The notes under the pieces are model-generated. The model did no database searches. It saw only the letters and a program-made list of their open reading frames with translations, and was not told the origin of the DNA. Positions 36,700 to 46,434 of a DNA stretch of 64,000 nucleotides are shown in pieces. Position 1 is the stretch's first letter. Each line of letters opens with the position of its first letter. The DNA comes from Syntrophales bacterium (lineage in GTDB: Bacteria; Desulfobacterota; Syntrophia; Syntrophales; UBA8958), in the NCBI GenBank assembly GCA_026417625.1, contig JAOACW010000002.1, positions 139,237-203,236 on the forward strand. Direction: 5' to 3'. The position numbers and the translations under genes were made by a program.

Positions 36700-37281
36700 T
36701 TATCCCCCAAAAGGAAACGAGTCTAGCTTAGTGTACACGGCCCCACTCGGTGTTAAATTGCTTTGAAAAAGAATGAGTTTATCTACTTTAAATTCACCGA
36801 ATCGCGCGTGTTTTTGCGTTTTCACCAATTCCATAAGCTCCGGAATTGGTTGGGGTTTTTTTAATCGTCCCAGGGTGAGATGACCCCTGAAGTCTCTTTC
36901 CTCGTTTTTGAAGCCCAAACTCTGGAAGACATGTTCAAGTTTGCTCTGAAGGTTTTTTAGCGTATCTACGTCACCGCTTGTGCCCACCCACAATACCCGC
37001 GGACGCTTAAGGTCAGGGAAAGCACCCAGCCCTTCTACACTAATAATGAATGTCGGAGATGCAGTGCATACGGTGCGTATTGATGTGCTGAGCGATTTGA
37101 GGGTGTCTCTGTGTACAGTTCCGAAAAATTTCAGCGTGAGATGGATGTTTTCCTTACGCACCCATGTAATGGAGTACTTTAGAGTTTTTTTTAATTGTTC
37201 CTCAAAGATTGAGAGTGCCCTTTGGATTTCTTCGGGGGGTTCTATAGCGAGGAAAGCCCGGATTAAACTTTCATTTTTCAT
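36700..37281 (-). CDS. thpR: RNA 2',3'-cyclic phosphodiesterase (2H family, ThpR/LigT)
   Basis: Two H-x-T-x motifs (HLTLKF and HLTLGR). 193 aa. Confidence 0.85.
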   Translation of the reverse strand: MKNESLIRAFLAIEPPEEIQRALSIFEEQLKKTLKYSITWVRKENIHLTLKFFGTVHRDTLKSLSTSIRTVCTASPTFIISVEGLGAFPDLKRPRVLWVGTSGDVDTLKNLQSKLEHVFQSLGFKNEERDFRGHLTLGRLKKPQPIPELMELVKTQKHARFGEFKVDKLILFQSNLTPSGAVYTKLDSFPFGG

Positions 37282-38525
37282 TTCAACTTTCCTTTCAGGT
37301 AATTGTTGAGAAGCATCAAGGCTGAGTGGGCCATGATAATTTTGTTACGTCTTCTATTCCAGCGAAACGTGTAGTGGCGAACGAAGGTGTCTTTATCATC
37401 TGCAAGAGCAATGTAAACTGTACCCACGGGCTTGACGTCAGTTCCACCCGTTGGTCCAGCTATCCCTGTGGTAGACAGTCCCAAATCGGTTCTTGAGATC
37501 TTTTTGATACCTTCTGCCATCAATCGGGCTGTTTCTTCACTTACAGCTCCGTAGCGTTCAATTGTTGTTTCAGGTACACCGAGGATTTCCACTTTGGCGG
37601 TATTACTGTAAGCGATTAGACCCCTTTCGAAGAACGCAGAACTTCCAGGTACGTCTGTCAGGTGATCGGCGATGAGTCCACCTGTGCATGATTCGGCTAC
37701 GCTTAAAGTGAGTCCTTTTTTAATCATTTTAGAAGCAACAACTTGCTCGAGTGTCTCTTCGTCGGTTGCGAAAATGTAAGAGGATAACCTGTTTTCAACC
37801 TCGCTGCACACCCTTTGGAATTTCTGAAAGGCTATGGTTTCCGATGAATCTTTGACAGTGATGACCACGTGATTTTCCGGAAAAATTGGATAGAAACCGA
37901 TCTCGATACCATCATCGTCTTTTACGTCCTTGAGAATTTCATCTATTCTGGACTCAGTAAGCCCGAAAGTCTTGTATGTTCTTGAAAATGTAAAACCTGT
38001 TGATTCTGGAAAGAATCGCTTCATAAGGGGGAGAACGCCAGAGGAAAACATCTGCGCTGCTTCGCTGGGTACACCGGGGATAACCGCTATGAGTTTTTGT
38101 TCTCTATAAAGGGCAAATCCCGGCGCTGTTCCGGTAGTATTTGGAATAATTTCTGCACCTATGGGGAATCTTGCTTGTTTTGCATTGTTTTCTGTCCACG
38201 GAAGATTCCGAGATGCAAAGAGATTCTTAATATGGGCGAGGACATTTTCTTCGGTATACAGGGGGAGATTAAAGAACCGAGCAATCGCCTCTGTAGTAAT
38301 GTCGTCCTGGGTGGGGCCGAGTCCCCCTGTGATTACGATTACATCGGCCCTTTCCAAAAGAAATCTTAACCCATATTCGATATCCGTGAAGTTATCGCCT
38401 ACAGATTCAATGGCGACAGTACGCCATCCTTTTTGGTGGACTTCACGGGCGATCATTGCAGCGTTATGGTCTACAATTCGACCAGTTGTGAGTTCGTTCC
38501 CTATTGTGAGGATACCTACGTTCAT
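37278..38525 (-). CDS. cinA: CinA family protein (MoCF-like domain plus nicotinamide-nucleotide amidase PncC domain)
   Basis: MNVGILTIGNELTTGRIVDHN.. and a C-terminal ..SVAESCTGGL... ATG 38525 forms an ATGA overlap with the pgpA stop. The 28 extra codons of the track ORF lie inside pgpA. Confidence 0.9.
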   Translation of the reverse strand: MNVGILTIGNELTTGRIVDHNAAMIAREVHQKGWRTVAIESVGDNFTDIEYGLRFLLERADVIVITGGLGPTQDDITTEAIARFFNLPLYTEENVLAHIKNLFASRNLPWTENNAKQARFPIGAEIIPNTTGTAPGFALYREQKLIAVIPGVPSEAAQMFSSGVLPLMKRFFPESTGFTFSRTYKTFGLTESRIDEILKDVKDDDGIEIGFYPIFPENHVVITVKDSSETIAFQKFQRVCSEVENRLSSYIFATDEETLEQVVASKMIKKGLTLSVAESCTGGLIADHLTDVPGSSAFFERGLIAYSNTAKVEILGVPETTIERYGAVSEETARLMAEGIKKISRTDLGLSTTGIAGPTGGTDVKPVGTVYIALADDKDTFVRHYTFRWNRRRNKIIMAHSALMLLNNYLKGKLK

Positions 38526-38983
38526 GAGGCCCCCCATAGTTTTGTTATCAGGTGCAAAGAAGTACAAGCGTATATACCCGCTGCAACGTCGTCCATAACA
38601 ATCCCCCACCCTCCTGGTAGAGCCTTCTGAATTCTACGTATGGGAAACGGTTTAACGATATCAAAAAAACGAAAAATTAGAAAGCCCGCAGTAATGTTAA
38701 AAAAATCAGGAGAAACGAGAAACATAGTCCACAGAAAACCTGTTATTTCATCGATAATGATTGGTGGCGCATCTTTTTTCTTGAGATTCATCTCTGCAAT
38801 ACCGGCTATGTACACGCTGAGAATTGTAAAGGCAAGTATTGTAAGGAGGTAAAGGGTCCATTGAAGATCTACGAGGGCAAGGAATATGGGAATTCCAAGA
38901 ATTGTTCCCGCTGTTCCTGGTGCGTACGGTACAAAACCGATACCGCAACCCGTAGCAAGTATTTTTGCAACTTTTGCGCTCAA
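38522..38983 (-). CDS. pgpA: Phosphatidylglycerophosphatase A
   Basis: ..GCGIGFVPYAPGTAGT.., ..IIIDEITG.. and ..GGWGIVMDDVAAGIYA... Confidence 0.9.
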   Translation of the reverse strand: MSAKVAKILATGCGIGFVPYAPGTAGTILGIPIFLALVDLQWTLYLLTILAFTILSVYIAGIAEMNLKKKDAPPIIIDEITGFLWTMFLVSPDFFNITAGFLIFRFFDIVKPFPIRRIQKALPGGWGIVMDDVAAGIYACTSLHLITKLWGAS

Positions 38984-39007
38984 CGAGACAGTCCTTATGA
39001 AGACTCT

Positions 39008-39310
39008 TTATATCTTGGTTACGTCAATTCCTGCCTTTATAGCCAGTTTGTATGATTCCCTTTTCAGAAATATGCCAATACATATGACGGAGAAAGAAAA
39101 AATTATACCCCCCGCACCAATTTTTGCTCCAAGTACCCATCCATCTTCGTAGAGGTAGTAAAATAGGATTGGGAGAAACATTATGATAAGGAGAAAACCC
39201 ACCTGAAAGAGAAGGTCTCCTATGAGCCAGAGTCGAGCCGCTTTCGGTGCTCTGACAAGCATCTTTTCGTAGAGAGGATAGTCTAACGATGTTAAAAACC
39301 TTCGTTTCAT
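39008..39310 (-). CDS. Hypothetical small membrane protein
   Basis: 100 aa with two clear hydrophobic helices, first gene of the pgpA-cinA-recA string. No motif recognised. Confidence 0.5.
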   Translation of the reverse strand: MKRRFLTSLDYPLYEKMLVRAPKAARLWLIGDLLFQVGFLLIIMFLPILFYYLYEDGWVLGAKIGAGGIIFSFSVICIGIFLKRESYKLAIKAGIDVTKI

Positions 39311-39341
39311 ATCTTACTTACTGTTAACATGACGCTATTTC

Positions 39342-39370
39342 CTTGACAAGATGTTTGTTAAGTTTAAAAA
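39342..39370 (+). promoter_or_regulatory. Sigma-70-type promoter for the ferredoxin-AOR operon
   Basis: TTGACA (39342-39347), 17-nt spacer, TAAAAA (39365-39370). It lies 12 nt before ATG 39383, implying a very short leader. Confidence 0.4.
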
Positions 39371-39382
39371 TTCTTCTACCCT

Positions 39383-39799
39383 ATGCGATTGGTGGTTTTG
39401 GAAACCGAAAGGTGTGTGGGTTGTCAGAGCTGCATGTTCGCCTGCACCCGCAGGCAGGGAGGGGCGGGTCTTGCACGGTCATGCATATCTGTGAAGTCTA
39501 TAGGGGGTATGGAACGCGGATTCAAGGTAATCGTCTGCAGGGCCTGTTCTGACCCACCGTGTGCCAGGGTATGTCCCACTGAGGCCCTGACTCCCCGGAC
39601 GGGTGGTGGTGTGCGAATGGCAATGTCTAAATGCATAGGGTGTGGATATTGTAAAGAGGCATGCCTTTTGGGAGCGGTAATGTGGGATGAGGGGCTTAAT
39701 AAGCCTATGATCTGTTTGCACTGTGGATTCTGTGTACGCTATTGTCCCCATCATGTGTTGGGGATGAGAGAAGAGAAGTTCGAGTATGTTATCCGGTGA
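39383..39799 (+). CDS. 4Fe-4S multi-cluster ferredoxin (AOR electron-transfer subunit)
   Basis: CVGCQSCMFAC, CRAC..C..CP, CIGCGYCKEAC and CLHCGFCVRYCP motifs. Overlaps the AOR start by 14 nt. Confidence 0.85.
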   Translation: MRLVVLETERCVGCQSCMFACTRRQGGAGLARSCISVKSIGGMERGFKVIVCRACSDPPCARVCPTEALTPRTGGGVRMAMSKCIGCGYCKEACLLGAVMWDEGLNKPMICLHCGFCVRYCPHHVLGMREEKFEYVIR

Positions 39800-41561
39800 T
39801 CCTCTAAGCAACGTTCTCTACATTGATCTTACGCGCAAGTCTTTTTATGTACTTGAGCGACGTGACCTCTTCGCGAAGTATCTGGGAGGCACCGGTGCGG
39901 CAATTGCTCTATTGCACGAGGAATGCCCACCTGACTGCGATCCTTTGGGGGAAGAGAATCCAATAGTATTTGCTGTAGGTCCCTTGACGGCTCTCTACCC
40001 GCTGGCTTCGAAGACCGTGGCTGTGTTCAAGTCGCCGCACACGGGAAATCTTGGGGAAAGTCACTGTGGAGGTCGCAGTGCAATTGCCATTCGTATGGCG
40101 GGATACGGTGCAATAGTCATAAAAGGAAAAAGTGAAATACCTTTATATGTGGCTGTTCATGGGAATAGAGTATCTTTTCACGACGCCTCGTCGATTTGGG
40201 GTATGAGGAGTGATTCCACGGGACGGGTGATAAGAGAAAGGGAAGAAGGTGCGGGACTTCGAACAATTATGAGGATTGGTCCAGCAGGCGAAAAACTTGT
40301 AACTTACGCGTCGGTAGCTACAGAGACTTATAGACACTTCGGCCGTCTTGGTTTGGGTGCTGTTTTTGGTAGTAAGAAGTTGAAAGCTGTGGTCATTTCT
40401 GGCAAACGGATGATTCCCATCGCTGATCTTAAAGGCTACAGAAAACTTTACGATCACATCTACGATCTTGCTGTTTCCTCACCAGTTATGAAAAAGTATC
40501 ATGATCTGGGAACGGCAGAAAACGTATTGTCCTTAAATAGGTTCAAGGGTTTACCAGTTAGGAATCTTCAGGAAACATCCTTTGAAGGCGCGTTAAACCT
40601 TTCAGGAGAAACGTTTGCAGCCCGCTTTCTGGGACGGAGACTTGCGTGTGCTCACTGTCCTGTTGGATGTATTCACATCGCTGCTTTGAGAGAGCCCTAT
40701 GAGGATGAGCCATACTTTTATAAAACCTCCATGATTTCATATGATTACGAGCCTATTTATGCGCTTGGAACGATGCTCGGGATTAAGAATCCGGAGGATT
40801 TTCTTGTTCTAATGGACAGGGTGGAGGCCTTAGGTATGGATGTTATGACTACGGGTGTAACGCTCGCCTGGGCGACGGAAGCGATGGAAAAGGGTCTGAT
40901 CTCTGTGAAAGATACGATGGGTGTTTGTTTTTCTTGGGGGGATGTGAAGAGCTATATGGAGGCATGTCGAATGATTGTGGAGCAGCCAAACGAATTCTAT
41001 CGATCTCTTGCAAGGGGAGTAAAGTTTGCAAGCGAGATGTACGGCGGCAAAGATTTTGCGCTTGTTCTCGGAGGAAACGAAATGCCGGGGTACCATACAG
41101 GTCCTGGTGCTCATTTGGGAGTTCTCATTGGCCTTCGCCATAGCCATCTCGATAATGCAGGTTATAGTTTTGATCAAAAGCTACTTTTGGAAAGGGAAGT
41201 TTCACCAGAGGAACTTGTAGATGTACTACTTTGTGAAGAAAGATGGCGACAAGTATTATCTTCTCTAGTTGTATGTTTCTTTGCTCGAGGTATATACACA
41301 CCCGAGGTAGTCCTGGAGCTTTTGAAGACTACGGGATATGAATTTAAAGAAGGAGACCTGCAGCAACTTGGTCATTTTATCTACTTTAACAAGTTTCGAT
41401 TTAAAGTGAGGGAGAAATTCGCCATTTCTTACTTAACTCTTCCAAAACGTCTTTATACAACGCCGTCTCCTACTAGATCGCTAGATCCCGAATTTGTTGC
41501 ACGGGCTCTTGAACATTTTAAACGCGTTATGGAGGAGGATGAGAAAAGATTTTCACCATAG
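39786..41561 (+). CDS. Aldehyde:ferredoxin oxidoreductase family (tungstopterin) enzyme
   Basis: 591 aa with ..LGGTG.., ..KSPHTG.., ..AIVIKGKS.., ..CAHCPVGC.. ([4Fe-4S] ligands) and ..YHTGPG... Confidence 0.88.
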   Translation: MLSGDPLSNVLYIDLTRKSFYVLERRDLFAKYLGGTGAAIALLHEECPPDCDPLGEENPIVFAVGPLTALYPLASKTVAVFKSPHTGNLGESHCGGRSAIAIRMAGYGAIVIKGKSEIPLYVAVHGNRVSFHDASSIWGMRSDSTGRVIREREEGAGLRTIMRIGPAGEKLVTYASVATETYRHFGRLGLGAVFGSKKLKAVVISGKRMIPIADLKGYRKLYDHIYDLAVSSPVMKKYHDLGTAENVLSLNRFKGLPVRNLQETSFEGALNLSGETFAARFLGRRLACAHCPVGCIHIAALREPYEDEPYFYKTSMISYDYEPIYALGTMLGIKNPEDFLVLMDRVEALGMDVMTTGVTLAWATEAMEKGLISVKDTMGVCFSWGDVKSYMEACRMIVEQPNEFYRSLARGVKFASEMYGGKDFALVLGGNEMPGYHTGPGAHLGVLIGLRHSHLDNAGYSFDQKLLLEREVSPEELVDVLLCEERWRQVLSSLVVCFFARGIYTPEVVLELLKTTGYEFKEGDLQQLGHFIYFNKFRFKVREKFAISYLTLPKRLYTTPSPTRSLDPEFVARALEHFKRVMEEDEKRFSP

Positions 41562-41638
41562 TACTTTTTGTTTCGTAAAATGTGTTGTCGTAAAGTTGTA
41601 GTGGATTTCGAGCGAAGTTTTGCAAATAAAAACGTTTA

Positions 41639-42415
41639 GTGTTAGGTTGCCTTTCTGTGAAAACTGAGGTGAGTATAGTCATACCTGTGAAGGATGAGGC
41701 GGAGAACATAGAGGTTCTCGCAGCGGAGATTAATGCGGTTATGGGGTCACAATTCGATATTTGGGAATGCATATGGGTTGATGACGGATCTAGTGATGAA
41801 ACTCCCCTGATTTTGGAGAGAATTGCCAGGGAAGATCCTCACCATCGATTTGTACAGTTGTCACGTAACTTTGGTCAATCGGCAGCACTTTTTGTCGGGT
41901 TTAAAAAGGCGAGGGGTGATATTATTGTTACCCTCGATGGTGATGGGCAAAACGACCCTTCTGACATTCCTCGGCTTGTCGGACTCCTTATGGAGCGGAA
42001 TGTAGATATGGTGAATGGTGTTCGATTGGAACGGCATGATTCGCTGGTTAGGAAAATTTCTTCCTGGATTGCCAATAATTTTCGCAACTGGGCAACCGGA
42101 GATCGTGTAACCGATGTTGGATGTTCTCTCAGGGCATTCAGGTCGTATTGTGTAACCCATCTCCCTCTTTTCAAGGGAATGCACCGCTTTTTCCCCACTC
42201 TTGTTAGAATGGCAGGTTATACGAAGATAATCGAGACCCCTGTGAATCACCGTCAACGTCTCAGGGGGAAAACGAAATATGGTATACGCAATAGGCTATG
42301 GGTGGGATTGGTCGATATTTTTGGAGTTAAGTGGATGCAGAAAAGATTTGTTTTCCCCTCGGTAAAATGCGAATTTCCAGGTTCCGGGGACAATACGCAG
42401 CGGAGGGGTTTATGA
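41639..42415 (+). CDS. GT2 polyprenyl-phosphate glycosyltransferase (ArnC/DPM1-like)
   Basis: ..VSIVIPVKDEAENI.., ..VDDGSSDET.. and ..TLDGDGQNDP... The start is uncertain (GTG 41639, 41657 or 41669). Confidence 0.85.
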   Translation: MLGCLSVKTEVSIVIPVKDEAENIEVLAAEINAVMGSQFDIWECIWVDDGSSDETPLILERIAREDPHHRFVQLSRNFGQSAALFVGFKKARGDIIVTLDGDGQNDPSDIPRLVGLLMERNVDMVNGVRLERHDSLVRKISSWIANNFRNWATGDRVTDVGCSLRAFRSYCVTHLPLFKGMHRFFPTLVRMAGYTKIIETPVNHRQRLRGKTKYGIRNRLWVGLVDIFGVKWMQKRFVFPSVKCEFPGSGDNTQRRGL

Positions 42416-42684
42416 CCAACACATTTTGGCTTGTAGTTGGATTTGTGGCTCAGGGTCTTTTTTCTGCGCGTTTTTTGGTACAGTGGATAGCGAGCGAACG
42501 AGCAGGTAAAAGTGTGATGCCGGTGTTATTCTGGTATCTGAGCATCGTTGGTGCGGCATTGTTACTTGCTTATGCCATATACCGTCGTGATCCTGTTTTT
42601 ATTCTTGGTCAGTCTGTTGGATTGATCGTGTATGTGAGAAATCTTTACCTGATACGGCGTGAAAAAGCTTCTCTTTCTGAATAA
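42412..42684 (+). CDS. Lipid-A-biosynthesis N-terminal (LAB_N) domain membrane protein
   Basis: ..GFVAQGLFSARFLVQWIASERAGKSVMPVLFWYLSIVGA..LLAYAIYRRDPVFILGQ... GGAGG lies 5 nt before ATG 42412, which forms an ATGA overlap with the GT2 stop. Confidence 0.75.
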   Translation: MTNTFWLVVGFVAQGLFSARFLVQWIASERAGKSVMPVLFWYLSIVGAALLLAYAIYRRDPVFILGQSVGLIVYVRNLYLIRREKASLSE

Positions 42685-44149
42685 AATTTGTGATTCTCGA
42701 ATTTCAGCGATTCTAGTAGTTGCTCTGCTGGCAGGTGTTGTTGCCTTTGCATTTCAAGGCACCAGGGGGCTTTACGAGACCACCGAAGGACGATATGCTG
42801 AGGTTGCCCGGGAAATGCTCGAAAAGGGCAACTACCTCGTACCCACCCTGGACTATAGGCCTCACTGGACTAAACCCCCCTTTTTTTACTGGATTGAAGT
42901 GGCAGGAATAAAGGTGTTTGGGTTGAATGAATGGGGTCTGCGGACCGGAAACGCTCTAGCGTTTCTTTTGACAAGTGTTTGTGTTTCGTTTTTTGGAGTT
43001 TCGTTGTGGGACTGGAAAAGGGGATTCGTTGCGGGATTGATCTATGTCTCTTCACCATTTCCCGTTTTTGCTGCAAATGCCCTATCCACTGACACAGTGC
43101 TTACTTTATGGGAGGTTCTGGCTGTTTTCTTTTATGTGAAGGCGTACAGGGAAATTAGGGTTAAGGTGCGGCGCTTCTTTATTTGTGGAATGTGGTTGGC
43201 TTTTGCACTTGGATTTTTAACCAAGGGTCCTCCTGCCCTTCTACCTTTTTTAGCTATTCTTGTGTGGAATCTAAAGCGGGAAAGACCTGTTAAACTTTTC
43301 TATTTTGCAGGTATTTTCGTTTTTCTTATAGTAGGTTTCTCGTGGTTTAGCTTTGTTATTTACCGAAATCCGGAGCTTCTCGATTATTTTTTAAGGGTGG
43401 AGGTGCTAGAGCGTGTTGCTTCGGAAAAGGGACATAATCCCCAATGGTATGCGCCTATCACTGTTTTTCTGCCGGTTCTTGTTTTAGGTCAGGGTGCTTG
43501 GTTATACTTTACTCTACGGGGAATGATCTCTACATTCAAAGCAGGTGTGAAGAATTTTATCCTCAACATCAAAAAACGAGAAGAAACAGCATTTCTCTTC
43601 TTATGGATTTTGATTCCTCTCATTGTTTTCTCCTTCTCTAAGAGCCGCTTACACCTCTATGTTCTACCCCTTTACGCTCCAGTATCTTTGCTCATAGCCA
43701 ATCACGTGTGTGAGGAAGGTTTATGGGGCACGAGGCGTATCCTTATCGTTGCTACCTTCAGCATTGTGATCCTCGTCACTTTAAAATGGATAGTTGCTAT
43801 TTACCCTAATAGAAACGATATGCGCGCCGTTTATGAAGCGGGTATTCGACTTGGGGGTAGAGGGGCGCATTACTACGTTTTTTCAGAGGACAAACTCTAC
43901 GGACTTGAATTTTACATGGAAGGTAAACTCCAAAGGGTTGCTGGGGAAAATGTCGACCACCGTTTCAATATGAAAATTGATGATCTGCTGTATCAAATCT
44001 CCACGGGGACCTCTGGTGGGAGGCACCTCATTCTCGTGTCCAGGAACAAGTTGCCTGAGTTTGAGCGATTTTTATCGCGGTATTCTCTGAGGATGGAAAC
44101 TGGCGGCTCTGATAAGTGGATCTGGTTTAGTCTCAGCAAGCAGGAGTGA
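42659..44149 (+). CDS. GT39 (ArnT/PMT-like) polytopic membrane glycosyltransferase
   Basis: 496 aa with ..ETTEGRYAEVAREM.. and ..HWTKPPFFYW.., followed by many transmembrane helices. Confidence 0.8.
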   Translation: MKKLLFLNKICDSRISAILVVALLAGVVAFAFQGTRGLYETTEGRYAEVAREMLEKGNYLVPTLDYRPHWTKPPFFYWIEVAGIKVFGLNEWGLRTGNALAFLLTSVCVSFFGVSLWDWKRGFVAGLIYVSSPFPVFAANALSTDTVLTLWEVLAVFFYVKAYREIRVKVRRFFICGMWLAFALGFLTKGPPALLPFLAILVWNLKRERPVKLFYFAGIFVFLIVGFSWFSFVIYRNPELLDYFLRVEVLERVASEKGHNPQWYAPITVFLPVLVLGQGAWLYFTLRGMISTFKAGVKNFILNIKKREETAFLFLWILIPLIVFSFSKSRLHLYVLPLYAPVSLLIANHVCEEGLWGTRRILIVATFSIVILVTLKWIVAIYPNRNDMRAVYEAGIRLGGRGAHYYVFSEDKLYGLEFYMEGKLQRVAGENVDHRFNMKIDDLLYQISTGTSGGRHLILVSRNKLPEFERFLSRYSLRMETGGSDKWIWFSLSKQE

Positions 44150-44261
44150 AGTGTACCCAAAACCAGGAGTAATCCATCACCTGGAACATTTCGGGGTACT
44201 CCGTTTCTTATCAAATTAGAACGCAGGGTTAATCTAAAACCTGGATAATCAGTAAGCCCTT

Positions 44262-46346
44262 TTACTCAAAGATAATTCTCGCATCTACTGGGACGCATTT
44301 TTCTTCTGAAACGATGACAGGGTTCAAGTCCATCTCCTGTATTTCTGGAATAACTTGAGCCATGAATGAGAGTCTCTCTAAAATATCGATAAGCATTTCA
44401 ATATTTACAGGCTTTTCACCTCTGACACCTCTCAATATGGGATAGATCTTTAGTCTTTTTATCATCTCTTCTGCCTCTTTTCTACCAATTGGGGTGAGCT
44501 CTCTTGCGATATCCATAAAGACCTCTGTGTAAATTCCTCCAAGTCCGCACGCGATGACATGCCCGAATTGGGGATCCTTTTTCAACCCTAGAAGTAGTTC
44601 TTTGCCTACGATGTGTTTCTGTATTTGCCAGGATGAAATGCTCAATTCAGCATTTATTTTTCGCACGTTTGATTCTATACGTTTGAATGCTCTTTTCAAT
44701 TCTGTGGCGTTACGAATCCCGGTTTTTACCCCTCCCCACTCACTTTTGTGAAGAAATTCCGGGCCGGTGACCTTAAGCACTACGGGGTACCCAATTGCTG
44801 CCGCCACGTTCTGCCCTTCCTCTATGGAGTAAACAGTTTTAGATTCTGGAGTGGGTATGTCAAAGGCAGAGAGTAATTCTTGTGCTGCATCACCTACTAG
44901 TATTTTCCCCTTTTGCTTGAGTTTTAAAACCTTTTCCTCATCGTAGGGGAAAGTTCTCACTTCGGGTTTCTTCAATGTTTTGTTTTTTGTTGCTTGAAGT
45001 GCAAAGTTGAGCGCTAAAACAGCTTGTTCCACTGATTCAAAGCAGGCGGTACGATCAATCTTCTCTAAGTCTTTAACAAAGTACTCTCGATCCAAGTAGG
45101 GCCATACTGCAAGAGGTTTATCACTCTTTGTTTTTTTTCTGAGTTCATCGATGACATCTACGATTTTCAGATCTTGGTGTAATGGCGAGTTGGAGACGGG
45201 GAATATACCGATGATGGCATCAGCCTCATCCGATGTAAGTAATGACTCCAGCGCTTCAGAAAAGGCTTCACGAAAACCTTTACCGATCATTCCGATTGGC
45301 CATATATCAATAGGATTCTTTACGTGAAGCCAGTCTGGAAGCCCCTGTGTAAGCTTTTCTGCAAGACCTTCAGGTAGTTTCGAAGCGATGAGTCCCTGTT
45401 CTTCCGCTGCATCGGCGAAAATGATACCCCCTGCACCCGTGACCGTAATCACCGCAACACGGGGTCCCTTCATTTCTTTGAGGAATAGGAGGGCGTGAAC
45501 GGCTGTTTTTAAATCGTCCATCGTTTTCACTCTTATAATACCTGCCCTGCGAAAGGCAGCGTCAAATACGTGATCTTCGCCCACAAGAGATCCCGAGTGG
45601 GAGAGGGCCATCTCCCCTCCGTACTTTGTTCTACCCGTTTTGAGCACAACAATTGGTTTTTTCTTTGTTATGTCTGTGGCTAGTTCCAGAAAGGCCTTGC
45701 CCCGTTTTATTCCCTCCATGTGTATGCATATGATCTCCGTTTGGGGATCCTTACCAAAGTATTCTAGGGCATCTACAAAGTCCACATCACATGCATTTCC
45801 TATGTCTATCGCTTTCCCTATGTCCCCATAAAATATTTCATGCGAAGCAACCTGGAAAACGCCAGACTGGGCTATAAGTGACACAGGTGCGAATTTCTCT
45901 GGACGGGGTTTATCGACAAAAGATGAGGTGAAGCAATCGTAGTTGTTTAAGACTCCCATGGTGTTAGGCCCCATTATCCTTACACCGTTTGTCTTGGCAA
46001 ATTGGGTAAGCTCCTCTTGGAGAGATTTTCCAACGTCATCTGCATCTGCAAACCCCTGGGTGATAACAATGATGCGTTTTATCTCTTTTTTTGCGCACTG
46101 TTTTACAATTGAAAGCACTCTGTCCCTACTCACGGAGATGATAGCCAGATCGGGTGATTCAGGGATATCATCTACAGAGGAATAAGCTTTTAGGCCACAT
46201 ATATGTGAGGCATTGGGATTTACGGGGTATATTTTCCCCTTGTAACCATAGCGAAGCATCATTTCCACATTGTTGAAAGTTCCGGGACCAGTTTTCCTAG
46301 GAACGCCAATTACGGCGACTGAAGCGGGGTTAAGAAATAGATTCAT
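44262..46346 (-). CDS. ADP-forming acyl-/acetyl-CoA synthetase (fused alpha and beta; CoA-binding, ligase-CoA and ATP-grasp domains)
   Basis: ..PASVAVIGV.. (CoA-binding), ..GPNTMGV.., ..ALSHSGSL.. (phosphohistidine loop) and a C-terminal ATP-grasp. ATG 46346 has GGAGG 7 nt upstream, whereas the track's TTG 46361 would include the SD. Confidence 0.85.
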   Translation of the reverse strand: MNLFLNPASVAVIGVPRKTGPGTFNNVEMMLRYGYKGKIYPVNPNASHICGLKAYSSVDDIPESPDLAIISVSRDRVLSIVKQCAKKEIKRIIVITQGFADADDVGKSLQEELTQFAKTNGVRIMGPNTMGVLNNYDCFTSSFVDKPRPEKFAPVSLIAQSGVFQVASHEIFYGDIGKAIDIGNACDVDFVDALEYFGKDPQTEIICIHMEGIKRGKAFLELATDITKKKPIVVLKTGRTKYGGEMALSHSGSLVGEDHVFDAAFRRAGIIRVKTMDDLKTAVHALLFLKEMKGPRVAVITVTGAGGIIFADAAEEQGLIASKLPEGLAEKLTQGLPDWLHVKNPIDIWPIGMIGKGFREAFSEALESLLTSDEADAIIGIFPVSNSPLHQDLKIVDVIDELRKKTKSDKPLAVWPYLDREYFVKDLEKIDRTACFESVEQAVLALNFALQATKNKTLKKPEVRTFPYDEEKVLKLKQKGKILVGDAAQELLSAFDIPTPESKTVYSIEEGQNVAAAIGYPVVLKVTGPEFLHKSEWGGVKTGIRNATELKRAFKRIESNVRKINAELSISSWQIQKHIVGKELLLGLKKDPQFGHVIACGLGGIYTEVFMDIARELTPIGRKEAEEMIKRLKIYPILRGVRGEKPVNIEMLIDILERLSFMAQVIPEIQEMDLNPVIVSEEKCVPVDARIIFE

Positions 46347-46434
46347 GCTTATGCCTCCCAAATTTTATTTCGGTTTGCCTCTGAGTACTTCACTCTTTGC
46401 GTTGTCAAAGTTATATGATCTGATTAACGTAAAT

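Noticed and set aside
38526-38609. 28-codon N-terminal extension of cinA in the ORF track
   Set aside because: The extension lies inside pgpA. ATG 38525 gives the canonical MNVGILTIGNE.. start and an ATGA stop/start overlap with pgpA.
39343-39811. Alternative ORFs 39343-39552 (+), 39424-39636 (-) and 39479-39811 (-) overlapping the ferredoxin gene
   Set aside because: The 39383-39799 frame carries four canonical CxxCxxCxxxC(P) motifs. The others are frame artefacts of a Cys/Gly-rich, GC-richer segment.
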